Of a DNA stretch of 64,000 nucleotides, positions 27,426 to 37,733 are shown one piece after another. The notes beneath the pieces were generated by a model that worked only from the letters and a program-made list of their open reading frames with translations, did not search any database and was not told the origin of the DNA. The DNA is taken from NCBI GenBank assembly GCA_963662305.1, contig OY759351.1:800396-864395 (forward strand), read 5' to 3'. Every line of letters begins with the position of its first letter. Position 1 is the first letter of the stretch. The translations under genes and the position numbers were made by a program. Origin of the DNA: Desulfarculia bacterium. Lineage in GTDB: Bacteria; Desulfobacterota; Desulfarculia; G963662305.

Positions 27426-29516
27426 ATGGCCGCCCAAGTAGGACTCTTTCTGTGCCAGGGCGACCAGCCCGCGGAAGCAACCCAGCTGAACTGGTCGGGC
27501 GGCGAAGGCGCCCAAGGCCCTGTGTTTCGGACCGCCCATCCCGACACCGAAAAAGGAACCGCCGAACTGATCCGGCTGATCAAGGATAACGGCCTGACCG
27601 GCTTTGTGGCCGCGGTCTGTCCCCCGCTGCAGGGGGAAGGGGCGATCTTCAAGGAATTGGAGAAGGCTGGGCTCTTCCCTGAGATGGGCGTTTTCCTGGA
27701 TCTGGGACCCAAGGCCAGGTTGGACGAGTATCTGGCCCAGCCCCAGGCCCAGCTGGCCGTCACCCAGGCCCTGGCCGGCCAGATGAGAAGGGAAACCCCG
27801 CCCCTGGAGTCCTTTACCGTGTCCACCAACGTTCTGGTGGTGGGGGCCAACCTGTCGGCCCTGGCCGCGGCCAAGGAGCTGGCCGGTTCCGGCTACAAGG
27901 TGACCCTCCTCAACCCCGGTCAGGAGTTCCCGGCCGGGTCCCCTCTGCTGGGCGTTGAGGCCGAGGCCTGGACCAGAAAGCTGGCCCAGGAGGCCGAGGC
28001 CCAAGAGAGCATCACCCTTATCTCCCCGGCCAGACTGAAAAGCCTGCGCGGCGCGGTGGGCCGGTTCCAGGCCTTCTATGCCGACGGCGAGGGCCGGGCC
28101 CAAAGCCTGGAGGTGGGAGCCGTGGTGGCGGCCCAGGGCGCGCCGCTTAAGGGCGACTTTGCCACCTTCGGCGTGGAATCCTCCCAGAGGGTCCTGTCCC
28201 TGTCCCAGGCCGCTTCCTTAAGCGACGACGAGCTTAAGGCCCTGGCTTCCGGCGATGAGCCCCTGCGGGTGGCCGTTGTCTCCGGAGTGGGAACCGAGTC
28301 CGAGCCGCTGAACCTGCGGGCCGCCCTGAAATTGAGTCTCAAGGTGGTCAACGACCTCAAGGGCCAGGCCCTGCTCCTGACCGGCAACGCCAAGGTGGCC
28401 GCTCCGGATCTGGAGAAGACGACCGAGCAGGCCAAGAAGGACGGCGTCCTCATAGCCAAGCAGACCGAGCCCAAGGTCTCGGCCGTGGACCGGGGCAAGA
28501 CCGTGGAGCTGACCTTCTACGACGAGATCCTGGTGGGCGACGTGGCCCAGGAACTGGACCTTCTGGTTATCGACGAGGCCCCGGCGCCGGACCCGGCCTA
28601 TGCGGCCCTGGCCGGAGCCCTGGGCCTGGCCGTGAGCCCGGACGGCTTCCTTCAGCCGGACCAGGTCAACGCCCTGCCCATCCTGACCCCCCGCAAGGGC
28701 GTCTTTGTCATCGGGCCGGCCCAGGGCCGGGTGGACCTGGAGGAGCGCAAGAACCAGGCCCAGGCCGCGGCCATGGAGATCCGCAACCTGCTTAAAAACG
28801 GCCAACTGAACCTGGCCTCTCCGGTGGAGATCATCGATACCGGCAAATGCGCCGTCTGCCTCACCTGCGTCCGGGTCTGCCCGGAAGGGGCCATGATCAC
28901 CGATTATGACAAGCCGGCCAGCAACCCCCTGGCCTGCACCGGCTGCGGCACCTGCGCCTCGGAGTGTCCCCAGGACGCCATCCGGATGCGGAACCAGAGC
29001 GACGAGGTCTACACCTCCCAGATCAGCGCGGCCAAGGCGACCCAGGATGCGGGAGCGCCGGAACTGCTGGTGTTCGTCTGCGCCAACTCGGCCGCCCAGG
29101 CCCTGGCCAGGGCCAGGCGGGAGGGTTGGGCTCCCCCGGCCGGAGCCCGCTTCATCCAGGTGCCCTGCATCTCCAAGATCGACCCGGCCTTTGTGCTCCA
29201 GGCCTTTTCCGAAGGCTTTGACGGGGTTCTGGCCCTGTCCTGCTTCGAGGACGCCTGCTTCTCCCTCAAGGGCAACACCTGGCTGGGCTACCGGGCCGAC
29301 CACCTCAAGAACCTCCTGGTGGAGGCCGGGGTCGACCCCGAGCGTATCCGCCGGGCCGGAATCGCCCCTTCCATGAAGAAGGAGCCCACGGCCATTATCG
29401 AGGCCATGGCCGCCGACCTGGCCAAGATGGGCCCGGCCGGACTGCGCCCGGCCCACCGGGCGACCCTGGAACGTTTTACCCTGGAGCTCGCCCAGGGAAC
29501 CCAGGTCAGCCCCTAG
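27426..29516 (+). CDS. HdrA-like oxidoreductase fused to 2x[4Fe-4S] ferredoxin and MvhD (hydrogenase delta) domain
   Basis: VLVVGANLSALAAAKELAGSG fold, CAVCLTCVRVCP and CTGCGTCASECP clusters, and C-terminal MvhD-like LLVFVCANSA..VPCISKIDP. The ATG lies 1 nt after the upstream stop. Confidence 0.8.
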   Translation: MAAQVGLFLCQGDQPAEATQLNWSGGEGAQGPVFRTAHPDTEKGTAELIRLIKDNGLTGFVAAVCPPLQGEGAIFKELEKAGLFPEMGVFLDLGPKARLDEYLAQPQAQLAVTQALAGQMRRETPPLESFTVSTNVLVVGANLSALAAAKELAGSGYKVTLLNPGQEFPAGSPLLGVEAEAWTRKLAQEAEAQESITLISPARLKSLRGAVGRFQAFYADGEGRAQSLEVGAVVAAQGAPLKGDFATFGVESSQRVLSLSQAASLSDDELKALASGDEPLRVAVVSGVGTESEPLNLRAALKLSLKVVNDLKGQALLLTGNAKVAAPDLEKTTEQAKKDGVLIAKQTEPKVSAVDRGKTVELTFYDEILVGDVAQELDLLVIDEAPAPDPAYAALAGALGLAVSPDGFLQPDQVNALPILTPRKGVFVIGPAQGRVDLEERKNQAQAAAMEIRNLLKNGQLNLASPVEIIDTGKCAVCLTCVRVCPEGAMITDYDKPASNPLACTGCGTCASECPQDAIRMRNQSDEVYTSQISAAKATQDAGAPELLVFVCANSAAQALARARREGWAPPAGARFIQVPCISKIDPAFVLQAFSEGFDGVLALSCFEDACFSLKGNTWLGYRADHLKNLLVEAGVDPERIRRAGIAPSMKKEPTAIIEAMAADLAKMGPAGLRPAHRATLERFTLELAQGTQVSP

Positions 29517-29567
29517 CCCGGATAACTGAAAAATTGACCGGCCCGGTTTCGGGCCGGACCCGTACCA

Positions 29568-29598
29568 GGCGGCCCTCCGGGGCCGCTTCTATATTTTT
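29568..29598 (+). terminator. Rho-independent terminator after the hdrA/mvhD gene
   Basis: gcggccc-tccg-gggccgc followed by ttctatattttt. Preceded by a second hairpin ccggcccg-gttt-cgggccgg. Confidence 0.65.
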
Positions 29599-29957
29599 GG
29601 GGTGGAGCCTGCCCTTTGCTCCAGATCGGTTCGCCCCGGAGACAGACTCGAATCGAGCCTGCTTTCGGAAAGAGCCAAAATTTTGCACCGCCTGGTATGT
29701 TATGGATAATTAATGTAATATCAATAAGTTAAATGATATCTAATTGATCCGGCCCCGGCCCGGTACAAAATCCTGGATAGGGCCCATAAATACATAAAAA
29801 CCAAATCATAATAGGATGTTATACGGAGTAACCGGTTTCCGCCTCTGCCGGGTACAAAAAATTGTACTCTGCAGGGGGTCGTCCAGGGGCCGAAAGGCCT
29901 GATCTTGAAGCTAATAAGTATAATGAAAACAATTGGTAACGAGGTATGTGATAAACC

Positions 29958-29973
29958 TGGCATAGCCCTTGCT
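29958..29973 (+). promoter_or_regulatory. Sigma54-type -24/-12 promoter candidate
   Basis: TGGCATAGCCCTTGCT has GG and GC at canonical spacing with TTGCT. Sits in an ORF-free AT-rich pocket, with palindrome GTACAAAAAATTGTAC about 100 bp upstream. Confidence 0.35.
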
Positions 29974-29983
29974 TGTTCCCATG

Positions 29984-30059
29984 GCAAGAAGCATCTCTCT
30001 TCTCCTTTTCCCATCTGAAGAGTTTGTGGAGCGGGTTCGGCGGCCCGCTCCTTTTTTTT
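29984..30059 (+). ncRNA. Candidate small RNA (sigma54 promoter to orphan terminator)
   Basis: Predicted start is about 12 nt after the -12 GC. CU-rich tract tctctcttctccttttccc, then terminator ggagcggg-ttcggcgg-cccgctcc plus T8 at 30028-30059. No plausible + strand CDS upstream. Confidence 0.3.
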
Positions 30060-30200
30060 ATCCCGATACGTGGAGATAGGCGGTTGGATTTCCTTTCGAC
30101 GTACTGAAACCCGGTTCAAGGATGGCCGGCAGGTTTTTCTGGAATGGGGTCGGTTCGTTTTATCGCGGCCTGGTGTTCCAGGCGCCGGGGGGAGGGCGGC

Positions 30201-30479
30201 TCAGCGGGAGGTTCTCTCCCTGGCCTCGCTGACTGTCTTTAGAAATCGCTCCATTCTGCCCTCGCCGGGATTTTCGAAAATGTTCCTGAAGGTCTCCTCC
30301 TTGAGCACCTTGCGGAAGAACAACTCCACCGGAAAAAGAAGCTGAAAGCAGACCAGGGCCCTGGGACAGGGCAGGCCCTGGTTTACTTTGCGGCAGTACC
30401 CGAACAGAACCTCGCCCCCCAGTTGGGGGCACCTGATTTCAATGCGGTCGAATACCTCGACAGGGTGGGGCTGGGCCAT
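30201..30479 (-). CDS. Small Cys-containing hypothetical protein downstream of trpB2
   Basis: 92 aa with a GGAGG RBS 4 nt upstream of the ATG and four Cys (C17, C29, C38, C44). No family recognised. Confidence 0.5.
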   Translation of the reverse strand: MAQPHPVEVFDRIEIRCPQLGGEVLFGYCRKVNQGLPCPRALVCFQLLFPVELFFRKVLKEETFRNIFENPGEGRMERFLKTVSEARERTSR

Positions 30480-30566
30480 GGTTCCTCCGGCCGCCCGGCC
30501 CGGTCCCGGCCGGTGTGTTTCCAGCCGGGACCGTAATAGCCCGGGACGGCTTAAATGGATAAAGCG

Positions 30567-31931
<1,365 letters not shown>

Positions 31932-32328
31932 AGCCACCTCCTTATCGGTGATTCTTTAGGTAGGACCTATTCCATATTGTAATGCCTGATTAATTTATGC
32001 AAGACCAAATATGCTAAATTAATCATAAATTTTCATCAACAGCATGATTAGTATTCATTAACAAATGGTTAGGCGGAAGCCGGACGGTTAACATGTTGTA
32101 AATAATATAAATATGAATATTGTTTTTAATAAGTACAATGTCTATCCTGCTCCATTAAATTGTATTTTTCAAGTACAATTTACATGCATACTTTAAGAGG
32201 GGAAAGGGGAGGAAGCCCTTGGCCGTGGAAATCAGGCCGGGGCGGGCGGTTTATTAGACAGGTTCAAGCAGGGAGATCAGGGGCAGGGCGGACGTAACGA
32301 AAGCCTTGCCTTATTGTTTGGGCGGCCT

Positions 32329-35163
32329 CTAAAAAAGCTCTCCCTGGATATGGCGCCTGGGGGGGCGGACCGGCTCCACTTTATCCACCAACTCCGGCGG
32401 CAGCTCGGCCAGAAAGGGTGAGGGGCCGGGCCTGGCTTTCCGGCCGAAAAGGGTCCGCGTGGCGGAGCGGGTCAGGATCAGCCGCTCCCGGGCCCGGGTC
32501 AGGGCCACGAACAGGAGGCGGCGTTCCTCTTCCGGATCGCTTTCCCCGCCGGGGGGGTTATAGGGCAGGAGCCCCTCCTCCAGGCCGGTCAGGAAAACCA
32601 CCGGAAACTCCAGGCCCTTGGCCGCGTGGAAGGTCAGCAAGGTGATCTTTTCGGCCTTAAGGTCCAGCCCGTCCGTCTCCCGGCCCGGCTCGGTCCCGGC
32701 CAGTTGAAAGGGCAGCCCGGTCCGGTCCAGGGCCTCGGTTATGGCCTCGGCCTGGCGGTGCAGCCGGAACAGCACGGCTATCTCGGCCAGACCGTAGCCG
32801 CCCCTCCCGTCGGCCCCGGCCATGGCCTGGGCCAGGTGGGAGGTACCGCCCAGGAGCCGTTCTATCTCCTGGGAGATATGGACCGCCTCGGCCCTGGGCG
32901 TGGCCAGGGCGGCCGAGATAATTTTCGAGCCTTCCGGCTGGATGGGGGAGAGATCCAGGTGGCGGCCAGGGTTGCGCCGGATCAGGCTCAGGGCCGAGGA
33001 GAGAATCGGGCCGGAGCAGCGGTAGGAGGTCTTGAGTTCGAAAGTCCGCAGGGCGGGACGGGTCCGGGCCAGGAGCCCGAAAAATTCGGGGCTGCCGCCC
33101 CGGAAGCCATAGATGGACTGGTCCGGGTCGCCCACCACGGTCAGGGATCCTTCCGGGTCCGGGGCCAGAAAATCCAGCCAGCGGTACTGGGCCGGGCTCA
33201 GGTCCTGGAACTCGTCCACCAGGATGTGGTCGAACCGGCCGGCCAGGTCCTTTCGCAAATCGTCCTTCCCTTGAATCATCTCCAGGGGCAGGGCGATCAG
33301 GTCCTCGTAATCAAAGACCTTCTCGTCTTTCAGAAGCTCACCGTAGGCTTTCAAGAGCAGGGGCGGACAGAGCCCCTCTTGGTCGCGGCCCAGCTTGGCC
33401 TGGGCGATGAGATCCGCCGCCTTGTTTTTCCTGAGTCCGGAGGCCCGGGCCAGGGGCTGGATCAGCTCCAGCCGTTCCTCCTCGGAAAGGACGGTCCTCC
33501 CGTGCCCCCAATTCTTGAGCAGGTTCAGACCCAGGGAGTGGAAGGTTTCCACCTGGGCCGTGAGCTGTCTGGCGGAAAGCCGTTCTTTCAACTCCTGGGC
33601 GGCCTTGCGGGTGAAGGTCAGGATCAGGACCCGCTCCGGTGAGCTCCCTGTCCTCAAGAGCCGTTCGGTTCTGCGGACCAGCACCCCGGTCTTGCCTCCA
33701 CCCGGCCCGGCCAGAACCATCACCGGCCCGGGGCCGGCCATGACCGCCTCCTCCTGGTCCGGGTCGGGCCGGACCTTGGGCGGAAGGGGCTCCAGTTCGG
33801 GAAAGAGACCCAGGGGTTCGATGGGGGGCCATGGCCCGGCAGGCTTCTGTTTGGCCTCGGGGGCCGGACCGATGGCGAAAAGGCGGCCCTGTTTTTGTAT
33901 CTCGGCCAGTTCGTCCGGGGTGAACAGGGAGAGCGTTCCGAACTGGCCGTCGTATCCGCCCAGGGCCCGGACTCGGCCGGCCCGGACCCGGCTCACCCCT
34001 TCGGCGATTACCGGCCCGGCCGCCTTTTGGATCAGGTCCGTCCCGGTCTTTCTCAGAATTTCCAGTTCGGGGCCCAGGGCGGCCAGCATCTCCCGGTAGA
34101 TCCCGGCCACTTTTTTGGAGGTCGGGCCCACCCCCACGGCCTGGCTGATGATTTCGCAAAGGGAGATGAGCGATTCAAAAGGTTTCTTGGCCGCCCCCCC
34201 CAGGGGCTCGGTCCGGTCGGCCAGATGCTCCACCCGGTTGAGGACCCCCACCGTAACCGGCTTGCCGCAGACCGGACAGATTCCGTTCCGGGCTTTGGTC
34301 TCCCCGGGCTCCAGCCTTATCCGGCACTTGCGGTGGCCGTCCAGATGGTACTTGCCCTCCTCGGGGAAGAACTCCAAGGTGCCCTCCAGCCCTTGGCCGG
34401 TACGCAGGGCCTGGATCAGGGAGGAGTAGGTCACCGGTCCGGAAAAGAGGGTCGCTTCCCGGCCCAGCTTGGAGGGGGAATGGGCGTCCGAGGAGGAGGT
34501 CAAAAAATAACGGTCCAGGGAGGAGACCCGCCAGTTCATGGGCGGGTCCGAGGAGAGGCCGGTCTCCACGGCGTGGATCTCCGGGCTCAGGTCCAGAAAG
34601 CATTCCTCCAGGCTCTCGAACCCGGACTTGGAACCCAGGACCGAAAACCAGGGGGTCCAGATGTGGGCCGGGATCACCTCGGCCTGGGGGTCCGTCCTCA
34701 GGGCCAGGTCCAGGACCCGGACCGCGGGCAGGCCCATGATGGGCCGGCCGTCGGAGACGAGGTTGACCTCGGCCCCCTCCAGGGCGGCGTTGAACCTCCG
34801 GGCCGCCTCGAACCCGGGCATGAGGATCACCAGGTGGACCTTCCTGGTCCGGTCGCCCTGTTTGTAGATGCAGGAGACCTCCCCGCTGAGCACGAACCGG
34901 ACCCCGGCCTCCCCTTCCCCGGCCCCTTTCAGCCGGAACAGCCCGTCCCCGCTTTCGTCGGCCGGGGCCGGCTCCAGGCTTTCCTCCAGCTCGGCCAGCC
35001 AGCCGGCGTGGGTCAGGTCGCCGGTTCCCACCAGGGTCAGCCCTTTCCGGGCGGCCCAGCGGGTGATGACGCCGGGGTTCAGGTCTCTGGCCGTGGCCCT
35101 GGAGTAATGGGAATGGATATGCAGATCGGCCGTCCAGGCCCCCGGATTGAGGATTATGCCCAT
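32329..35163 (-). CDS. Fusion protein: N-terminal PHP/endonuclease Q-like domain plus C-terminal UvrD/PcrA-type helicase
   Basis: N-terminus DLHIHSHYSRA and Zn-ribbon CPVCGKPVTVGVLNRV (EndoQ/TIGR00375-like). C-terminus has Walker A GPGGGKTG, VDEFQD, TFHAAKGLEFPVVFL and ALTRARE. Start trimmed to 35163. Confidence 0.8.
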   Translation of the reverse strand: MGIILNPGAWTADLHIHSHYSRATARDLNPGVITRWAARKGLTLVGTGDLTHAGWLAELEESLEPAPADESGDGLFRLKGAGEGEAGVRFVLSGEVSCIYKQGDRTRKVHLVILMPGFEAARRFNAALEGAEVNLVSDGRPIMGLPAVRVLDLALRTDPQAEVIPAHIWTPWFSVLGSKSGFESLEECFLDLSPEIHAVETGLSSDPPMNWRVSSLDRYFLTSSSDAHSPSKLGREATLFSGPVTYSSLIQALRTGQGLEGTLEFFPEEGKYHLDGHRKCRIRLEPGETKARNGICPVCGKPVTVGVLNRVEHLADRTEPLGGAAKKPFESLISLCEIISQAVGVGPTSKKVAGIYREMLAALGPELEILRKTGTDLIQKAAGPVIAEGVSRVRAGRVRALGGYDGQFGTLSLFTPDELAEIQKQGRLFAIGPAPEAKQKPAGPWPPIEPLGLFPELEPLPPKVRPDPDQEEAVMAGPGPVMVLAGPGGGKTGVLVRRTERLLRTGSSPERVLILTFTRKAAQELKERLSARQLTAQVETFHSLGLNLLKNWGHGRTVLSEEERLELIQPLARASGLRKNKAADLIAQAKLGRDQEGLCPPLLLKAYGELLKDEKVFDYEDLIALPLEMIQGKDDLRKDLAGRFDHILVDEFQDLSPAQYRWLDFLAPDPEGSLTVVGDPDQSIYGFRGGSPEFFGLLARTRPALRTFELKTSYRCSGPILSSALSLIRRNPGRHLDLSPIQPEGSKIISAALATPRAEAVHISQEIERLLGGTSHLAQAMAGADGRGGYGLAEIAVLFRLHRQAEAITEALDRTGLPFQLAGTEPGRETDGLDLKAEKITLLTFHAAKGLEFPVVFLTGLEEGLLPYNPPGGESDPEEERRLLFVALTRARERLILTRSATRTLFGRKARPGPSPFLAELPPELVDKVEPVRPPRRHIQGELF

Positions 35164-35450
35164 CTCTGTTGAACCTCCCCAAAGGGGTCTGTTTCCCGCA
35201 GCTTGCAGGGGGGTGTTTGGTTTATTTTCAAAGCCTGCCCGTCCGTTTTCAAGGCATTTGCCAAGGGCCAATCATAGCGGTCCTCCCCGCTCCGGGTCAA
35301 GCGGGCTCCAGATTGGGCTTGACCCCAAGACCCTTTCTTATTACTTTCGAGCGGCCGAGGTGTTTTTCGGGCGGTTCCCATTACCTATCCAGGGTCCGGA
35401 TGACCCGCCGTTTTTTCACGCCGCCTTTTCCCCCCGGCCCAGGAGGTAGC

Positions 35451-36308
35451 ATGTCGACCCGCCGTTTACTGATGGGTTCAGCCTTATCCCTTATCCTAAT
35501 TCTGGCCTTTGGCCTGCCGGCGGGAGCCCAGGAGAAGCGGGAAGAGCCTCCGGCCGGCTGGTCCTTCCTGACCCTGGATCGCAATTTCGACCGTCTTCCC
35601 GCCGATCTGCGGGACCCCCAGAATGCGTTCAGGGTTTTCGGGGTGGAGGAACGGGACAGCACCGGCTCCGAAGCCAGCCTGGGGGTCGATGCGGGTTTGG
35701 CCAGATACTACAACCCGGAGCGCGGCCAGACCTGGCGGATCGGGCTGGAGGCCTCCTTCTTCGCCCTGTTCGACTGGGCCAACGGCGGCGATCTGGAGAG
35801 CCGGGCCACGGACTACTGGGTGGGGTTGAACACCACCTTCTCCCAGGGGCCCTGGCAGGCCCGCCTGGTCTTCGCCCACCTCTCCTCTCACCCCGGAGAC
35901 CACACCCTCCTGAACGAAAACATTGAGGCGGATAAGATCTCCTGGGAGGTGCTCAAGGGGACCGTCTCCTGGAGCGGAATCCCCTGGCTTCGCCTTTACG
36001 CCGGGGGCAGTGTGTATGTGACCCACACCGACTGGGCCGGCAAGGGCGATCTCCAGACCGGGCTCATTCTCCAATACGATCTGGAAAACTCTCCCCTGAC
36101 CCCCTATCTGGCCCTGGACCTGCAGTTCCGGGAGCGGACCGACTGGGAGGTCTCCACCTCGGTGGAGGGCGGAATTAAAATCGCCGGGGAGAACACCGCC
36201 CTGGGCCTCAGGCTGTACGGCTTTTACTACAACGGCGACAATCCCTCCGGAACCTTCAGAATGGAGCAGGAGACCCGCTACGGCGCCGGGCTGTGCGTTG
36301 ATTTCTGA
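35451..36308 (+). CDS. Putative outer-membrane beta-barrel protein (DUF1207-like)
   Basis: Signal peptide MSTRRLLMGSALSLILILAFGLPAGAQ, alternating beta-strand pattern, terminal Phe. AGGAGG RBS. Confidence 0.6.
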   Translation: MSTRRLLMGSALSLILILAFGLPAGAQEKREEPPAGWSFLTLDRNFDRLPADLRDPQNAFRVFGVEERDSTGSEASLGVDAGLARYYNPERGQTWRIGLEASFFALFDWANGGDLESRATDYWVGLNTTFSQGPWQARLVFAHLSSHPGDHTLLNENIEADKISWEVLKGTVSWSGIPWLRLYAGGSVYVTHTDWAGKGDLQTGLILQYDLENSPLTPYLALDLQFRERTDWEVSTSVEGGIKIAGENTALGLRLYGFYYNGDNPSGTFRMEQETRYGAGLCVDF

Positions 36309-36423
36309 TCTCCGGGGCTGATCCCCGCGAGGCCTTGCCCCTGAAACTCGAAAGCTCTCTCCGGCCAGGCCGGGGAGGGCTTTTCAGCTGTAATAGCAAG
36401 GGGCGGACGTGCGTTCCGGATTA

Positions 36424-36470
36424 AAAAAACGACATGCGGCCTCAGGGTTACATCCCTGAGGCCGCATGCA
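36424..36470 (-). terminator. Rho-independent terminator of the aminotransferase gene
   Basis: 14-bp stem atgcggcctcaggg/ccctgaggccgcat followed on the minus strand by T7. Confidence 0.7.
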
Positions 36471-36493
36471 GGCCATACTTCCGACCAGGGGCT

Positions 36494-37675
36494 CTAATCC
36501 TTGAGCCGCTGCAAGGTCTCGATGAGCCGGGGGATGCCACCCTCCAGCTCCTTGCTGCCGGCGGCGTAGGAGATCCGCAGGTGGCCCTTGCCTAGGGGGC
36601 CGAAAGCCGTACCCGGGGTGATGGCCACCCCGGCCTTCTCCAGAAGCTCCAGGGCCACCTCCTCGTCGCTAAGCTTTGTTTTGCCGTAGTCCAGCCAGAT
36701 GTAGAAGGCCCCGTTGGGGCGGAAGGCGGACAGCCCCGGGGCCTGCTCGATCATATCCAGAACCAGCTTCCGCCGTACCGCGTAGCGGGCCATCATGGGC
36801 TCCACCAGCTCGTCGGCCAGTCGCAGGGCCTCCAGGGCGGCCCACTGGGCCATGGTGTTGGCGCAGGTGGCGGCCCGGAGATGGGCCTTGTCCAGCTCCT
36901 CCAGAAGCTCGGCCGGTCCGGCCATGTAGCCGATCCGCCAGCCGTCCATGGCAAAGGGCTTGGAAAAGGAGTTGACGATGATGGTCCGCTCCTTCATGCC
37001 GGGCAGGGAGGCGATTGAGCGGTGCACAAAGGGGGCGTAGGTCAGCCGGTCGTAGACCTCGTCGGAGATGACCAGCAGGTCCCGCTCCCGGGCCGTTTTG
37101 GCCAGGGCTTCCAGGCTCTCCAGGGAGAGCCCCGCTCCGGTGGGGTTGTGGGGGCTGTTGACGATGAGAATCTTGGTCCTGTCGGTCACGGTTGCGGCCA
37201 GGGCCTGGGGGGTGATCTGGAAGCCCTCCTCGGCCCGGGTGGGCAGGGAAACGGTTTCGGCCTCGGTGAACTCGCCCCATTCCAGATAAAAGAGGTACAT
37301 GGGGTCCGGAGAGAGGATCTGGTCCCCTTGCTGGAGGAGGCTGATCATGATGTCGGTTATGCCCTCCACCGCGCCGATGGTGACCGTGATCTCGGTCTCC
37401 GGATCGTAGGTCACCCCGGTCTTCTTCTCCAGGTCCAGGGCGATGGCCTCCCTCAGCTCGATGATCCCCCGGGGCACGGTGTAATGGACCTTGCCCTCAT
37501 CCAGGGCCTTGACGGCGGCGGCCTTGACGGGGGCCGGCGTATCGAAATCGGGACGGCCTATCTCGAAGTGGTATATCTTCTTTCCGCCGCGTTCAAGTTG
37601 GGCCGCCCGGTCCCAGATATGTCCCAGACTGGAGGGCTTGATCCGCTTCATCTTGGGGGCAATGAATCTGTGCAA
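36494..37675 (-). CDS. Class I/II PLP-dependent aminotransferase (aspartate aminotransferase-like)
   Basis: PLP-lysine motif NSFSKPFAMDGWRIGY. TTG start with AGGAGAG upstream (alternative ATG at 37651). Confidence 0.85.
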   Translation of the reverse strand: MHRFIAPKMKRIKPSSLGHIWDRAAQLERGGKKIYHFEIGRPDFDTPAPVKAAAVKALDEGKVHYTVPRGIIELREAIALDLEKKTGVTYDPETEITVTIGAVEGITDIMISLLQQGDQILSPDPMYLFYLEWGEFTEAETVSLPTRAEEGFQITPQALAATVTDRTKILIVNSPHNPTGAGLSLESLEALAKTARERDLLVISDEVYDRLTYAPFVHRSIASLPGMKERTIIVNSFSKPFAMDGWRIGYMAGPAELLEELDKAHLRAATCANTMAQWAALEALRLADELVEPMMARYAVRRKLVLDMIEQAPGLSAFRPNGAFYIWLDYGKTKLSDEEVALELLEKAGVAITPGTAFGPLGKGHLRISYAAGSKELEGGIPRLIETLQRLKD

Positions 37676-37733
37676 CTCTCTCTCCTGTGTGTCTTAAGCA
37701 AGTGGATGATCTTCGGCCAAGATGTCGAAAGCT

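Noticed and set aside
27422-27428. Possibility that the TGA ending the first HdrA-like ORF is selenocysteine, joining it to the next ORF.
   Set aside because: The downstream ORF is in a different reading frame and has its own ATG 1 nt after the stop, so read-through would not produce the fusion.
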